In this document: piece after piece, positions 9,721 through 21,420 of the stretch
Layout: each line of letters opens with the position of its first letter
Position numbering within the stretch: position 1 is the stretch's first letter
Assembly (NCBI RefSeq): GCF_001194135.2
Contig: NC_068983.1
Coordinates: forward strand, 76,407,224-76,449,643
Reading direction: 5' to 3'
Origin: Octopus bimaculoides
Lineage: Eukaryota
Length of the DNA: 42,420 nucleotides
Translations under genes and position numbers: made by a program
The notes under the pieces: generated by a model
Told to the model about the DNA's origin: nothing
Database searches by the model: none
What the model saw: the letters and a program-made list of their open reading frames with translations, nothing else

Positions 9721-12344
9721 TGAGCATATTTACATTTCGATAGAGGTCTCTAAAAAAAGATGGCTTATCATCAAATTTTAAAGGAAGAAATTGTTTTAAT
9801 TATTTTGTAAACAGTGGGCTTCGAAACGTTTGTTAGTCTATCCTAATGTCTGAAGTTTACTACAGACTTGCTATTTAGATATCAATTGACATCTTGTCGA
9901 ATAATTTTCTTGTGTTGACAATCTATTCTATTAGAAGAGGAGTGATAGGCATTAACAAAATAGGAAATAACAATAGGCATTCCCCCTGAGAAGAAAATGA
10001 TAAAATAATATTTGAATGCACGAAAACAAAATTAATAATTGATGAAATTTCAGATAAAACTAAAAATAAAATGCTCAATTCGTAAATTCGTTTGTAGAGG
10101 CAGTTATCATTTCAAACTTGTAGACGCAAAAGCTATAATCAAAATTTTATGTAAATAGATAATTTAAAATATAATAGCAAATATTCTATACAAAGTGTCT
10201 GAAGAAAAAGCTCTAATATCATTCAACATCTTGGGAGATTTCCGTTTATTGGACTGGCGTCAGCTTTCCACACTTAGTTATAGAAGAGAAACGCAAAGTG
10301 CCTATGCGCTGCCAAAAATACATCAGATTTTCGTATTCTTACCAAGAAGGAGTTTGAAACAGCCCCGGTAGACACTACATGACTACAGAACAAGACCAGA
10401 TTTGTAACCTGTATTGAGTGTTGACTCGAGGAACTTAAAATTAGGAATTCAAGGTACATAAACCATCTTTTACTCATGTGGGAGAAAATCTTATTCAGAA
10501 TCTTTTTGCGAAGAGAAAGTGTAACAAATACTATAAAAAAAAAAATAAAAGCCATATAGAACTAACGCTGCTCACACAAGTGCCTATAGCTATAAAAAGT
10601 ACAATATGGAAAATATATAGGAAACTAAATCAGGAATATTAGGTATCCTAATCAACACAAGTAGACATTCTAAACTACATTTTATTTTATTTTATTCCGT
10701 TCTGTTAGGTATTGTATAATGCCCTTCGCCCCTCACCTTCATAGAAATTATCTGTTGCATCCTACAGGCCTTTGAAAACTTCGTGTTTAAAATTTCATTA
10801 TACATTTAGGTTCTCTACATAACCCTGTGTCTACTAAAGTGTTATTTTATTATAATTATTTGCGCAGTGTTGTGTCATGTCTCCAGGCATCTGTTCTTTC
10901 TCTTCACGATATAATTTAATTACAGTATGACCTAGCAATGCTCAGGCACTAAAAAAAAATTACTCTTTTCTATATTCTTCATATATATGAATACTAATTT
11001 CAAATGAATTATTTCTAAGTGAATTAATTTTAATGAGCCATTTTTTTTTTTGTCTTCAGAGTATGGTTTCCCCTTTTTGTACAAAATCTGTCGGTAAAAT
11101 ATATTTGCATCATAGAGAGATACAACAATTAGGATGCCGTAGTGATATTTATCGCCATGTTAACACACATTGCGCAGACTTGTAACCGAAAGTTTTCCCA
11201 GATTTCATTATCTCACCTGCTCCCTTTCAGGCATAGTACACTTTGGAAAATATTAGCCAATATATTTTCACATTTTAAAGTTTGTCATCGGCCGTCATCT
11301 TCATTCTTTCAACTAGAACGAAAGCGGACGTAATCATTCCCCACGCACTCGATCCTTCATATCAATTACGGTCGCAGGTTTAGGTAATTATTCTTGGTAA
11401 TCAAGAATGGGGCCACTGCGCTGAATTTGGCCTATTTTAAGCGTTGCTCGATGGCGACTATGAAATTTGTTGCTGTAAGTACAAGTATTTTCACCAGCTC
11501 TTGAGGATAACTGTGTATATTGAGTTGCTTAAACCGTAGCAACGCTTGTCTGTCAGATAATTTGTTTCACTTTTCTTTCAGTTTCAAAGTTTCTGCATAT
11601 ATCTTCGATGTTGCACTATATCCAGTGACGAAGTCATAATAAAAATCAAGCAACTTCGCAAAGGTTTCCTTGTGTGTTCAAAACACGAATTTATTGAGAA
11701 GAGGAATAAAACCTAAAAAATGTAATTACAAATCTGGGTAGATATTTCTTGAAGTGACGCAACGTAAAGCAAAATGTGTATAACATGCACTATTTGCTAC
11801 TCTCATTGGTAGGGACTTGACAGCCATCTAAATGTTTTAAATACTGTGATCCTATGAGATACTTTTAAAATGCGAAATAAATATTTGCAATTGATGTAGA
11901 AACAACTCAAGAGCTGCTGGGAATGTTAAGGTGACTTTAAATATAAATGTAAACGTATTTCAGAAGAATGTATAGAAAAACGAAAATGCTTTTGCTACCA
12001 TGTCCATTGCGTAGACTACGTGGAAACTATCCGACACAAAAAAATTGAGCTCAAAATATAATTTTATATCGTCTTAAGTGCCTTTCCTTTGCGTACAAGA
12101 GCAGCCACTACTCTTCAGAACTTAGTGATCTTCTATTATCTCCGCTCAAGTGTTCTTCGATCACTCATCTACTCTCCAGTTATCAACTGAAATGTGGCCA
12201 CCACATCAAGATCTGCAATAGTCCCTATACACAATTTCCTATAAATTCTTCGAGTATTGTTCTACTGAAGGATATTTTTCCAACAACCATTGGCGTGCAA
12301 TCATTCAAGCGTAACGTTAACTACATCAATTAGCTCAGTCTCAG

Positions 12345-12874
12345 CAGTTTGTCATGTGGTACCGAAACATCGTAGCGATTTGGGTACCCAAACTTTTCCA
12401 GGTGTTCATGGACGACGGATTTCGATAGGTTTAGGCTTTCTGCCAATTCTCGGTTTGTGTAATGTGGTATATTCTCAATTAATGACTTGATTTGGTCATC
12501 ATCTGTAGTGGATGGTGTGCCTGATCGCTCTTTATCAATAAGGCTACAATCTCCAGCTCGGAAACTTGCGAACCACTTCCGTACAGTTCTTTCGGATAAA
12601 GAAACATCACCATAAACTGCACATATTTCTTTGGTTGCTTGTGAGGCATTTTTCCCTTTACGGAAAAAGAAAAGCATCAAGTGCCGAAAATGAACTTTCT
12701 TATCTTCCATTTTAAAGGGTTACAAAATTAACACAAGTTATAGGAACATAAACCTTCTTCCACGAAAAGATAGCTTAAAGTGTGCTCCAAATGGAGGTGT
12801 AGTCAAATCCTATTTTCTGGACTCAACCATGCTCTAAAATAAGTCGAAAGGCAACAACTTTCCGGACAACCCAA
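12345..12874 (-). mobile_element. Mariner 5' fragment (mellifera-like TIR and N-terminal HTH); catalytic domain absent
   Basis: Minus strand TA+TTGGGTTGTCCGGAAAGTT; ORF 12330-12710 MEDKKVHFRHLMLFFFRKGKNASQATKEICAVYG...RKWFASFRAGD...RSG.P...SVPH (degenerate WVPHEL); homology ends at about 12345; second TIR not found. Confidence 0.9.
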
Positions 12875-12876
12875 TA

Positions 12877-13520
12877 TATATATACGAAACACAGGATGTG
12901 TGTCAGTCTGTGTGTTTGTCATGCCGGTAAAACTCGAGATCCACCCAACAGATTTTAATGAAATGTTATACATGCATTACATAGAATCCATACAGTGTCA
13001 TGGGCCGAAACAATTTTCAACTTCTTGCCTAATGAGGGCCCAAGGCCACACAAACCGCATTTTAAAGCATTTTCGCAGTGTTAAATCCTTGAAGAGTATC
13101 CATTTTCACAGTGTTAATACCTTGAAGAATCGCTTTCCTCCAAATTATCATTATTAATCAGTCTCCTCGAATGCATTTTAATCAGATTTGAGTATACTGC
13201 ACTGGGTTTTATCTTTGTTTTAGGCCACTTTCCGACGATAAAATATTGACACTACTTATACATTATAAGTAGGGTATAATATTTCATGAGAACCTTTTTG
13301 TCCAGTTTGGCAGAGGAAATGAGGAAAACATTAAAATTTTTGGCGGTACCCTGTTGATGCTTCATGTTACCATCCTACGCACCACCGGGCCATGTGCGTG
13401 TGTGTGCGGCTGGGTAAAGGCACAACAAACACATTCAACCATTCTCTAGAAGTGCCCTGTTGATATTTCACGTTTCCAATCCTGCGCAACGCAGCATGGC
13501 CCGGCAGCATGTCTGCTTTC
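12877..13520 (+). mobile_element. Possible non-autonomous Helitron-like element
   Basis: TATATATA head followed by GTCTGTGTGTTTGTC and CAACAGATTTTAATGAAAT, a 3' hairpin (GCAGCATG...CATGTCTGC) and a 33-bp tandem duplication at 13068-13133; CTRR terminus not clean. Confidence 0.35.
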
Positions 13521-13662
13521 TATGTCATCCATGTCTGAAATATGTAATGCAAAATGTTCATACAAAAAAAAAAAAAAAAATTCGCGTATGGAACTGATCT
13601 TTTTTCTACTTCAATTATTACATGTTTTTTCTTATGAAATACACACATACAGGCGGTGTAAA

Positions 13663-13910
13663 TCTCTTTATATATAATAACACTTTGAATGTGCCTCCCG
13701 AGAAAGAATAAAAGTAATTACCCGATCAATGACGGTATTACTGCTAGTGTATCTATAAAAGTAGAAGAAATGACTACTCAAAGAAACGTGTTTCCACTCA
13801 TCGTTACTATATGCCACCAACTTTTTCTCAGCTACTATCGTCCAATTTTCACAACACACCTCCCTTTCTGTCTGCCGAAATTTGGGTCACGCCGTGGCGG
13901 TAGACACTAA
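13663..13910 (+). mobile_element. Possible short Helitron-like element
   Basis: A|TCTCTTTATATATAATAA 5' end; 9-bp stem TGTCTGCCG/CGGTAGACA (13869-13906) followed by CTAA. Confidence 0.3.
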
Positions 13911-14444
13911 CATTCAGTACCAGGACCTCCTGAATCATTAAGTACAAAGTTGGTCAACGTATTGCTGGAAACTCGCACACAGAACACATACATATCCTAA
14001 TTTGTTACACGCCTCATTATGGTTTTGCTACTACGTAGTGTCTCTTCAACCAGGACCCACTGAATGGCTTTACATTACCCGTGTCAAAGATGTTTATCAG
14101 CTTTGACAATGTTATCTGTTTCAAACATGTAAAAGTACGACCGCTATTTTTATCACCCACAAGTGGCTTGCAATTACTTTACTAATTGCCTCTTCTTATC
14201 ATGTAGACAAACCCTCCTCTAATTTATAGTCTACTATTTTTATTTTTAGTATATTTTAAGGCTTTGACTCTAATGATACTGGCAAGAGTCACGTGAACAT
14301 TTCTTGATGGCTATCTTCGACAACTCTCGATTAGCTACTTCCCTAATCCTGTGAATCTGCCCCAAGAATGAGGATTTGAGAAATGTTCAACCTAGACAAG
14401 TATTTGATTGAATGTGTAGATAGCTTATTTCTCGTCTGTATAGA

Positions 14445-14650
14445 CCACCAACCGAAAATGATTATGCAGGGATCAATCTTGAGAAGGCTAGTCAATTACA
14501 TCGACACCAGTACCTTTACTGGTACTTATTTTATCGACCCCAAAATTAGTAAATTCGACCTAGGCAGCATTTGAAATCAAAGCGTAAAAACGAACAAAAT
14601 ACGGTTAACCATTTCCCTGGCGTCCTAACGATTCTGTCAGTTCGCCGTCT
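14445..14650 (-). mobile_element. tRNA-derived SINE
   Basis: GTCAATTACATCGACACCAG...GGTACTTATTTTATCGACCCC...CTAACGATTCTGTCAGTTCGCC is the reverse complement of the SINE pattern. Confidence 0.75.
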
Positions 14651-15151
14651 AGAGTTTAGTTAATAATAAAGCAAGGAACAACTAGGAATTAAGTCTTTAT
14701 AAGATATTTTTCGAAATAATTACATATGTATAAGTAAATATAAGAATATATAAATATATTATATATTTCCTGCCTCTTTGTGATTGACATATATAGTGCT
14801 TCTTATCCTCATTTTTATTTTTGTGATCACTGTCTATAGAATATTAAACAGAGAAGAAGCAGTGAACATTGAAATGAGACAGTATTAATGTGCCACGAAT
14901 GAAAATTCCGAACAGTATATCTTTTACAGTTTATTTTTTTTACCATAAAATCAAAATGGGTGCGACAACAACACTTTATCAATATATGTAACAATATATG
15001 GAACAAACATTTGCTAAACTGAAGTCTGCATATGTCTATTGAAATTACACCAGAGGTGTCAAAGATTTTAAGGGATATCCTCCGAAAGTTTGTATAAGAT
15101 TGTGAGAAATATTGGAAATGTTTGCTTCAGATTTTGACACAATCCCATCAG

Positions 15152-15326
15152 TTTTGTGGGGAGGGGCGATGTCAATTACATCAACTCCCAATATACATTT
15201 TATCGACTCTGAAAGAACGAAAAGGGAAGTCGACCTCGGTGAGATTTGAACTCAGAACGTAAGGACGGGCGAAATGTGTCAACGTATTTTGCCTGGCATG
15301 CTAACGATTCTGCCACTTCGCCGCTT
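15152..15326 (-). mobile_element. tRNA-derived SINE
   Basis: AAGTCGACCTCGGTGAGATTTGAACTCAGAACGTAAG...GCTAACGATTCTGCCACTTCGCCGC. Confidence 0.8.
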
Positions 15327-15389
15327 TAATTATCTCTTAATACTCAAGCACAAACGTTCAGATTAATTTCCCTTGACAGTGGCAAAACG

Positions 15390-15540
15390 GTTATTGGTTT
15401 CTAATTGAGGGACAAGGTCGACTATTTTGAGGGAAGGAATTTTAATATCATCAACCCTAGTATTAGACTGATAACCTATTTAGGAGGGAGGAGAGGCAAG
15501 ATTGACATATGCGGGATTTGAACTAAGAACATAAATACTA
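15390..15540 (-). mobile_element. SINE fragment, degenerate
   Basis: ATTGGTTTCTAATTGAGGGACAAGG...GGATTTGAACTAAGAAC. Confidence 0.5.
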
Positions 15541-15629
15541 CTCTAGTTCACGCCTGTTAACATTACACAATTTGAAAGAAGAAATATAAGTTAAGAAACG
15601 TCTTTAAGCTGTTGTTATATAAAAACATA

Positions 15630-15850
15630 CAAGGTGTTCGAACGAGCAGAATCATTCGCACACCATATAACATGGCTAGGTACATTTTTTGCGGCCCTTT
15701 ACTTTCAGAGTTGAAATATTGCCGAAGTTGTCCTTCCCTTTCATCGTTTCGGGATCAAAAATATAAGTCTGAGTCTAGTACTCAGGTCCATGTAATCGAT
15801 TATCTTTCTTTCCAACAATTGCAGGTTCTGTGCCTAAAATAGAAATAATT
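15630..15850 (+). mobile_element. SINE, degenerate
   Basis: GAGTTGAAATATTGCCGAAG...CCTTTCATCGTTTCGGGATC...ATGTAATCGA...TGTGCCTAAAATAGAAA. Confidence 0.55.
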
Positions 15851-16559
15851 ATGTAAAGACGAATCTCTTTTGCCGGGTCGTTATTGCCAAGTGTCTGGAA
15901 TAAGTGTGTCTTTAACCTTAGCCTTCACTGATGAGATAAAATTGATAATAAAATGTAAATAGATTACAGTAAACTGTATTAAATATACAAGACTTCATCA
16001 ATCAAAACATACACAAAATGTCAGCCAAAACTCTATTCATACAACCATTTTCTTTTATGATACCAGTCTTTTTTAGGGAAAACTTTTATACAAAGTATTA
16101 TCAGGAATTAAATTCAGCAGGAAAAAAATTACACAATACAGAGAAAATTATGTTTGTCAATATTTTGCATGAAAAGAGAACATTTTCAATATTTTCTATG
16201 AAGAGACAAAAAATAGATTACTTTAACTTATAGAGACTTCAGTCAGAATATAAACAGACTTTTTGTCATGTAAAACTTTTTATTAGATGTATACCTTGCC
16301 ACCAAAAAATAATCTCATTCAAAATTTAGCTTGCAAAATATTGTAATCTGGACGCTATTTTCTTACATAGATATTGAATAGTTTTACAAGATACACGGAT
16401 AATTATATATAGTAAATGAAACGTAGTGGTCTATGTTTTTCTCAAGAGGGATATGTCATAAGTCAAGTCAATTGACTGAACCAATGAAGTCACTGTTTTC
16501 TTTTTGCAAATTTAAATCATTTGGCTGCAGCGACGTTAAAAATGGGAACATCTCGTCTT

Positions 16560-16745
16560 CTTTACTGGTGTATTATATTCCGGCCATTAACATCCTGAGT
16601 GAATATTCCGCTGAAATCAATTTTATAATTGATACTTTTGGAGTCGATAAAATAAGTACCAGCTGAATAATAGTGTCAATGCAATCAACTAACCTCCTTC
16701 CCCTAGATTTACCGGCTTTGTGTCACAAGTTGTAATCATTATATT
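16560..16745 (+). mobile_element. SINE, degenerate
   Basis: GGAGTCGATAAAATAAGTACCAG...GGCTTTGTGTCACAAGTTG. Confidence 0.55.
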
Positions 16746-18026
16746 CCAAATTTCCCAGCCGAATGTTTTTACCCATATGTAGTGTAGCTATGGAAAGAAT
16801 TTTAAAGATAATCGTTTGCCTTGCTGAATTACAAAATAATAACATAACAGCACAGTGTGCATCATAGTAATATGCTCAAAAATCCAAACGACAGAAATGA
16901 AAATAAAACAGATCACCTGGACATGCTAGTACCAATAGACGGTTAACAAATAAAACGTCACCCCACACAGTATATATCGTTACATAATAAAAATTGTCTG
17001 CACACACGCACGTATATGAAGTCAGAGAACACTTCCAAAACACTATAATGAAAAAGAGAATTTTCCCACACAACACCCAACCCCCTAAAAAAAAACATAC
17101 TCTGAGAAATAATTACAAGGACTCAATAGCCCCTAAGTAAACCACCTGAAGTGGTGTGAAGTAAACCACCAACGATTAGAGTAGGTGAAGGTTGCATTCT
17201 GTGTTTTCAGTGCTTGAGAGCAACACTATATTTTTTTAGGTGTACAGACTATACAGAGAGTACACTATCACACGACACTACATGCACGAATCATTAACTT
17301 TATGGAGAGTACATAATCCTCTTCATTTTGGCAGAGACCTACTATATATGGAAGGACAGATCTGTGTGTTGGTATCGCGCTTACTCGTCCTGTTCAATAT
17401 TTCATGCGATGGGTATTATCGATAAGTGTGTATATTCAATATCCTGTGTATACTTATTTCTTTTCTACGTTTTCAATAAATAAAATATTATAACACAAAA
17501 CCTATATTAAGTGAAGTGATCATTGTCATAATTATGAATTAGCAGAGACTTCCTTTCTTTAGTTGTTATACCTCATCACCTGTTAAACCATCGACACACT
17601 TAGTTTTAAGTATCAAAGCAATTTTTCCACATGGGAACATAACTGGCAGCTATTTTTATATTATAGAATTGTCTAGTTCTATAAAACTGTATAAAAATGA
17701 AACACTGTAAGCAAATATCTCGGATTCTCAAGTATGTATAGTCTGAATTGCTGAATTTTTACCCTTGCAGATATTTATGTCGAAAGGCAATTTGAATTTG
17801 TAGATATTTTGCAATAGCTGAATAATTAAGATTTTAACCCGAAAGGATAGAACTATGGGAAGGTAGTTTCTAATGACTGGTCGTTAAGAGACTGTCAGCA
17901 TCCAGACATCATAGCACCATGATACTTGATTAAAGGTCAGTCATTTCTCTTAATTAGATCCAGTTATTCTTTTGATGTTGATCAGTGGATTTTTGAAATA
18001 CCAATAACAAAAAATAATTTTATTGC

Positions 18027-18030
<4 letters not shown>

Positions 18031-18087
<57 letters not shown>

Positions 18088-18108
18088 GTTGTTGTTGTTG
18101 TTGTTGTT
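18031..18108. repeat. (ATT)n(GTT)n microsatellite
   Basis: Direct reading. Confidence 0.95.
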
Positions 18109-18109
18109 T

Positions 18110-18292
18110 AAGACGGCGAGCTGACAGACTCGTTAACACACCGGACTAAATGCTTAGCGGTATTTCGCCCGTCGCTACGTTCTGAGTTGTAATCCCACCG
18201 AGGTCGACTTTGCCTTTTATCATTTCGGGGTCAATAAATCAAGTAACAGTCAAGCATTGGGCTCGATGTAATCGACTATTCCTCCGCCCCTC
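18110..18292 (+). mobile_element. tRNA-derived SINE head and body, 3'-interrupted
   Basis: AAGACGGCGAGCTGACAGACTCGTTAACAC...CGAGGTCGACTTTGCC...GGGGTCAATAAA...GATGTAATCGAC; breaks off after CCTCCGCCCCTC. Confidence 0.85.
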
Positions 18293-18297
18293 ACACA

Positions 18298-18489
18298 AGG
18301 GTCCTGTCCTGGACTGAAGACCCAGATTGGCCTCCGCAGGTAACTGCCGAGGTCATAATGGAGGATGATATGTTCAGGGTGTTGGACTCCTTTCTCAAGG
18401 ACCAATATAGGTTTGCCTTTTGGAGCCCCGACTTAGAACTGCAGGATTGCCTGTGGGAGGCATATAGGCTGGTCGGGGAGGAATGGTAA
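18298..18489 (+). pseudogene. Unidentified coding-like fragment (63 codons plus stop, no upstream ATG context)
   Basis: RVLSWTEDPDWPPQVTAEVIMEDDMFRVLDSFLKDQYRFAFWSPDLELQDCLWEAYRLVGEEW*; hand count 101/192 GC and 42/63 G/C at third positions, in an AT-rich context. Confidence 0.45.
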
Positions 18490-18771
18490 GAGGCCTTAGT
18501 AAGCCTCAATTTGAATTTGTATCTTTGGTAAGAGGTTCAGTGCCTCAATTGGTAAGGACGATTGCGTCCATTCTTTGAACTGAGTTAAGAGATACGATAC
18601 TTCATTTTGTTTTGTTGGAAAAAAAAGAGAACAATGTTTTCGAGAAGCATCAATCGGCGGGCGTTGTCTGCTTCTCCCACCAACCATTTTTTTCATTCCA
18701 TTATCATTGTGTCTTTGTCTAGACCGCAGCGTCTCCATCTTTGTAAGACAGCATAGTCAATTTTATTAATG

Positions 18772-18832
18772 AAGGCGGTGCTCCAGCATGGCCACAGTCA
18801 AATGACTGAAACAAGTAAAAGAAGGTAAAAAG
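18772..18832 (+). mobile_element. SINE/LINE 3' tail
   Basis: AAGGCGGTGCTCCAGCATGGCCACAGTCAAATGACTGAAACAAGTAAAAG, same tail as at 27678-27735 and 1981-2040. Confidence 0.8.
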
Positions 18833-19144
18833 GATTAATTAAACTCCACCCAGTTTAGCGATGAAATATATTGTACGGTGGTGGAAAAATCCAACATACA
18901 TTTATTAGGTCGATGATTTATCATAGTTACTGGGTGAAATATCAACACACGGTAGTAAAGTGCCACAGGAATAACAGTGTTAAACAAAGAGCTTAACGTC
19001 CTAGTAAACATGCTCAATACGTTGAGGAGTAGATCCATATGAGGATGTAATTTTAGAAATATCTGATATAGAAAAAGAATTTAGACACCGCGTGAGGTTG
19101 TCAAATGCAACAGCGCTGGTTTAAAAAATGTTACAATCACACAT

Positions 19145-19280
19145 AGACAGAAACATGTACACACACACACACACACACACACACCCACACACACACCCAC
19201 ANNNNNNNNNNACACACACACACACCCACACACACACCCACACACAAACACACAAACACACACACACACACACACACACA
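19145..19280. repeat. (CA)n-rich microsatellite with a 10-N gap (19202-19211)
   Basis: Direct reading. Confidence 0.95.
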
Positions 19281-19413
19281 TGTCTCAGGAACACACAAGA
19301 CTATAAACCATTAAATTTTATTTACGATGAAAGTATCGTAAAGTTGAATTTATCGTTAGCGTCTTATGGAGCTAAATTTATAAGCTCTAAAATTGCAGAA
19401 GAATCCGGTGCTG

Positions 19414-19484
19414 GGCAGTTTAGTTTAATGGTAAAACCCTTGACATATATTCACAGAGATGTGAGTTCGAGTCTAATGGCTGGC
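19414..19484 (+). tRNA. Degenerate tRNA-like sequence (pseudogene or solo SINE head); identity unassignable
   Basis: 71 nt; D-arm GTTT-AATGGTA-AAAC; T-loop GTTCGAGTC; acceptor, anticodon and T stems carry mismatches; loop CATATAT at the anticodon position. Confidence 0.4.
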
Positions 19485-19729
19485 TGGTAACGTATCTTTC
19501 CGCATTATATGGATAATTTATCCTGATCAAGTTATTTATAGCATTATCACGCGTTTGAGAAATAAATATATTTCTGGATATTAAATTTTATCATCTTAGA
19601 ATAAAATTACCAAAGATAAGAAACAAAAAATGTAATGTAATCACCATAAAATTTTACAATCTTACGAGAATGAACAAGAATTCAGAATAAGAAAACCTGA
19701 AATTAAATAGGATACATATGCAATTTATA

Positions 19730-19937
19730 TCACATCTATCTATCAATCAACCTACGTACCTATCCATCTATCAATCTACCTACCTACGTACCTATCCATC
19801 TATCAATCTACCTACCTACTTACCTATCTATCTATCTACCTACCTACTCACCTATCTATGTACCTATCTATCTATCTACCTACCTAACTATCTATCTATC
19901 TAGTTATCTATCTATCTAGTTATCTGTCTGTCTGTCT

Positions 19938-19973
<36 letters not shown>

Positions 19974-19985
19974 ATCTATCTATCT

Positions 19986-20030
<45 letters not shown>
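19730..20030. repeat. Compound (CCTA/TCTA)n-(TC)n-(TA)n microsatellite
   Basis: Direct reading. Confidence 0.9.
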
Positions 20031-21284
20031 TAAATGAGCATATGACCTATTCCCTTAGACGCTTAAGTGTTTTGAATTCTCATTTTAAGTTGCACACATT
20101 TCGGTGTAATAAAACATTTGATCGATGAAAATGTTAAGTTCCTTTCTATGATGAACTGCGCTTAGAGTTGAATTATAAATGCAAATACATTCGTACTTTA
20201 CTGAGTACAAAATTTTAAATTTGCTTTGAACTATACTTGGGTTCGTGTTTGACTAACAGAAAATTTAATCAAAAAAAAAAAGTCAATCAACCAATAACTC
20301 CTCTCAATCAGTAGTCTGTTCCTCCGTTTCCTCTTACATTCCCTCTTCCTCCTCTCTCTTGTAATCACCCTCTGTGCCATCATCATCGGAAATTTCATCA
20401 TTAAAAGATCATTTACTATTTGTTTGAAGTGTGTTTTTCCAGAACAATACCGCTTGCTTTTCCGCGAATGACTGCAGAAAATGTACAATTTTAGACGATA
20501 AGCACTAAGCGTATAAGCAGCAATGTAACAAACAAATTGAACTAATGAGTTGGTTTCGATTCCGATCTGAATAAAGAAATTTACTTTATTAAATCTACTA
20601 AAGAGTCTAAAACCGCTAGGAAACTTGTTTGCATTCACAAACTTGTATTTTCACTCAATCTCTTTCTGTTATTTTAGTTCTCTTCTAAATCTGAAGGGCT
20701 TATGAATCTTAGGAAAAGAAGTTGGTATACTACTTGCAGTTTAGACGCTGTTTGTATGTTTACTTGTTTCAACGGATATCCGTAATATTCTTCCTTTGAA
20801 CATCGACAGTTCTATGTTTCGAGGTTGTTTCCTGGTTGTTGATGGAATGACACCTTCCCCACAGACAAATGCCTTAAAAAGAGATATTTCAAAGACTATA
20901 CATATATTTTGTAGCAACATTTTACAGATCAATGAAAATCACATGAACAATACATACTAAAGTAATCTCAGAAGGTAAAAGCAACTAAGCTATATTTGAT
21001 TTCTAATCTCACGAGTAACAGTTTAGTCTTTGTTTTTGCTGGCAGGTTAAATACTTTAACATAGAGCATGTAAGGATGTGAACTGTTTATCGGAACATCA
21101 TGAATGCATATTAAATACATAACAAAAGGATATCGATTAATATGTTTTATTTATATACATATGTATATGAAGATGCTCACGCTTACACACTCTACACACT
21201 ATTTCATCTTATCCGTTATTTTGTGTATGCGGCAACATACACATGAGATAGCGTCACACAATCCCTTCACACACACAAATACAC

Positions 21285-21420
21285 ACATAATGTATACATA
21301 CATAAATCCATCCATCCATCCATCCATCCATCCATCCATCCATATGTATATACATATATATACACATGCATATACATATATATATATACACGCATACGTA
21401 CATACATACATACATGAGCA
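21285..21420. repeat. (CATC)n/(CATA)n/(TA)n low-complexity tract
   Basis: Direct reading. Confidence 0.85.

Noticed and set aside
10270-10560. Long frames with a CIEC-like motif
   Set aside because: In-frame stops, no recognisable family motif, no splice support.
11403-11474. Ankyrin-like peptide KNGATALNLA with a GTAAGT donor
   Set aside because: Short match, in-frame stop just upstream, weak acceptor, no second repeat.
17240-17425. Open frame after a strong T-rich acceptor
   Set aside because: No convincing donor and no recognisable peptide; expected by chance at this length.
20231-20638. 135-aa minus-strand ORF
   Set aside because: Low-complexity ends, no domain, non-ATG start.
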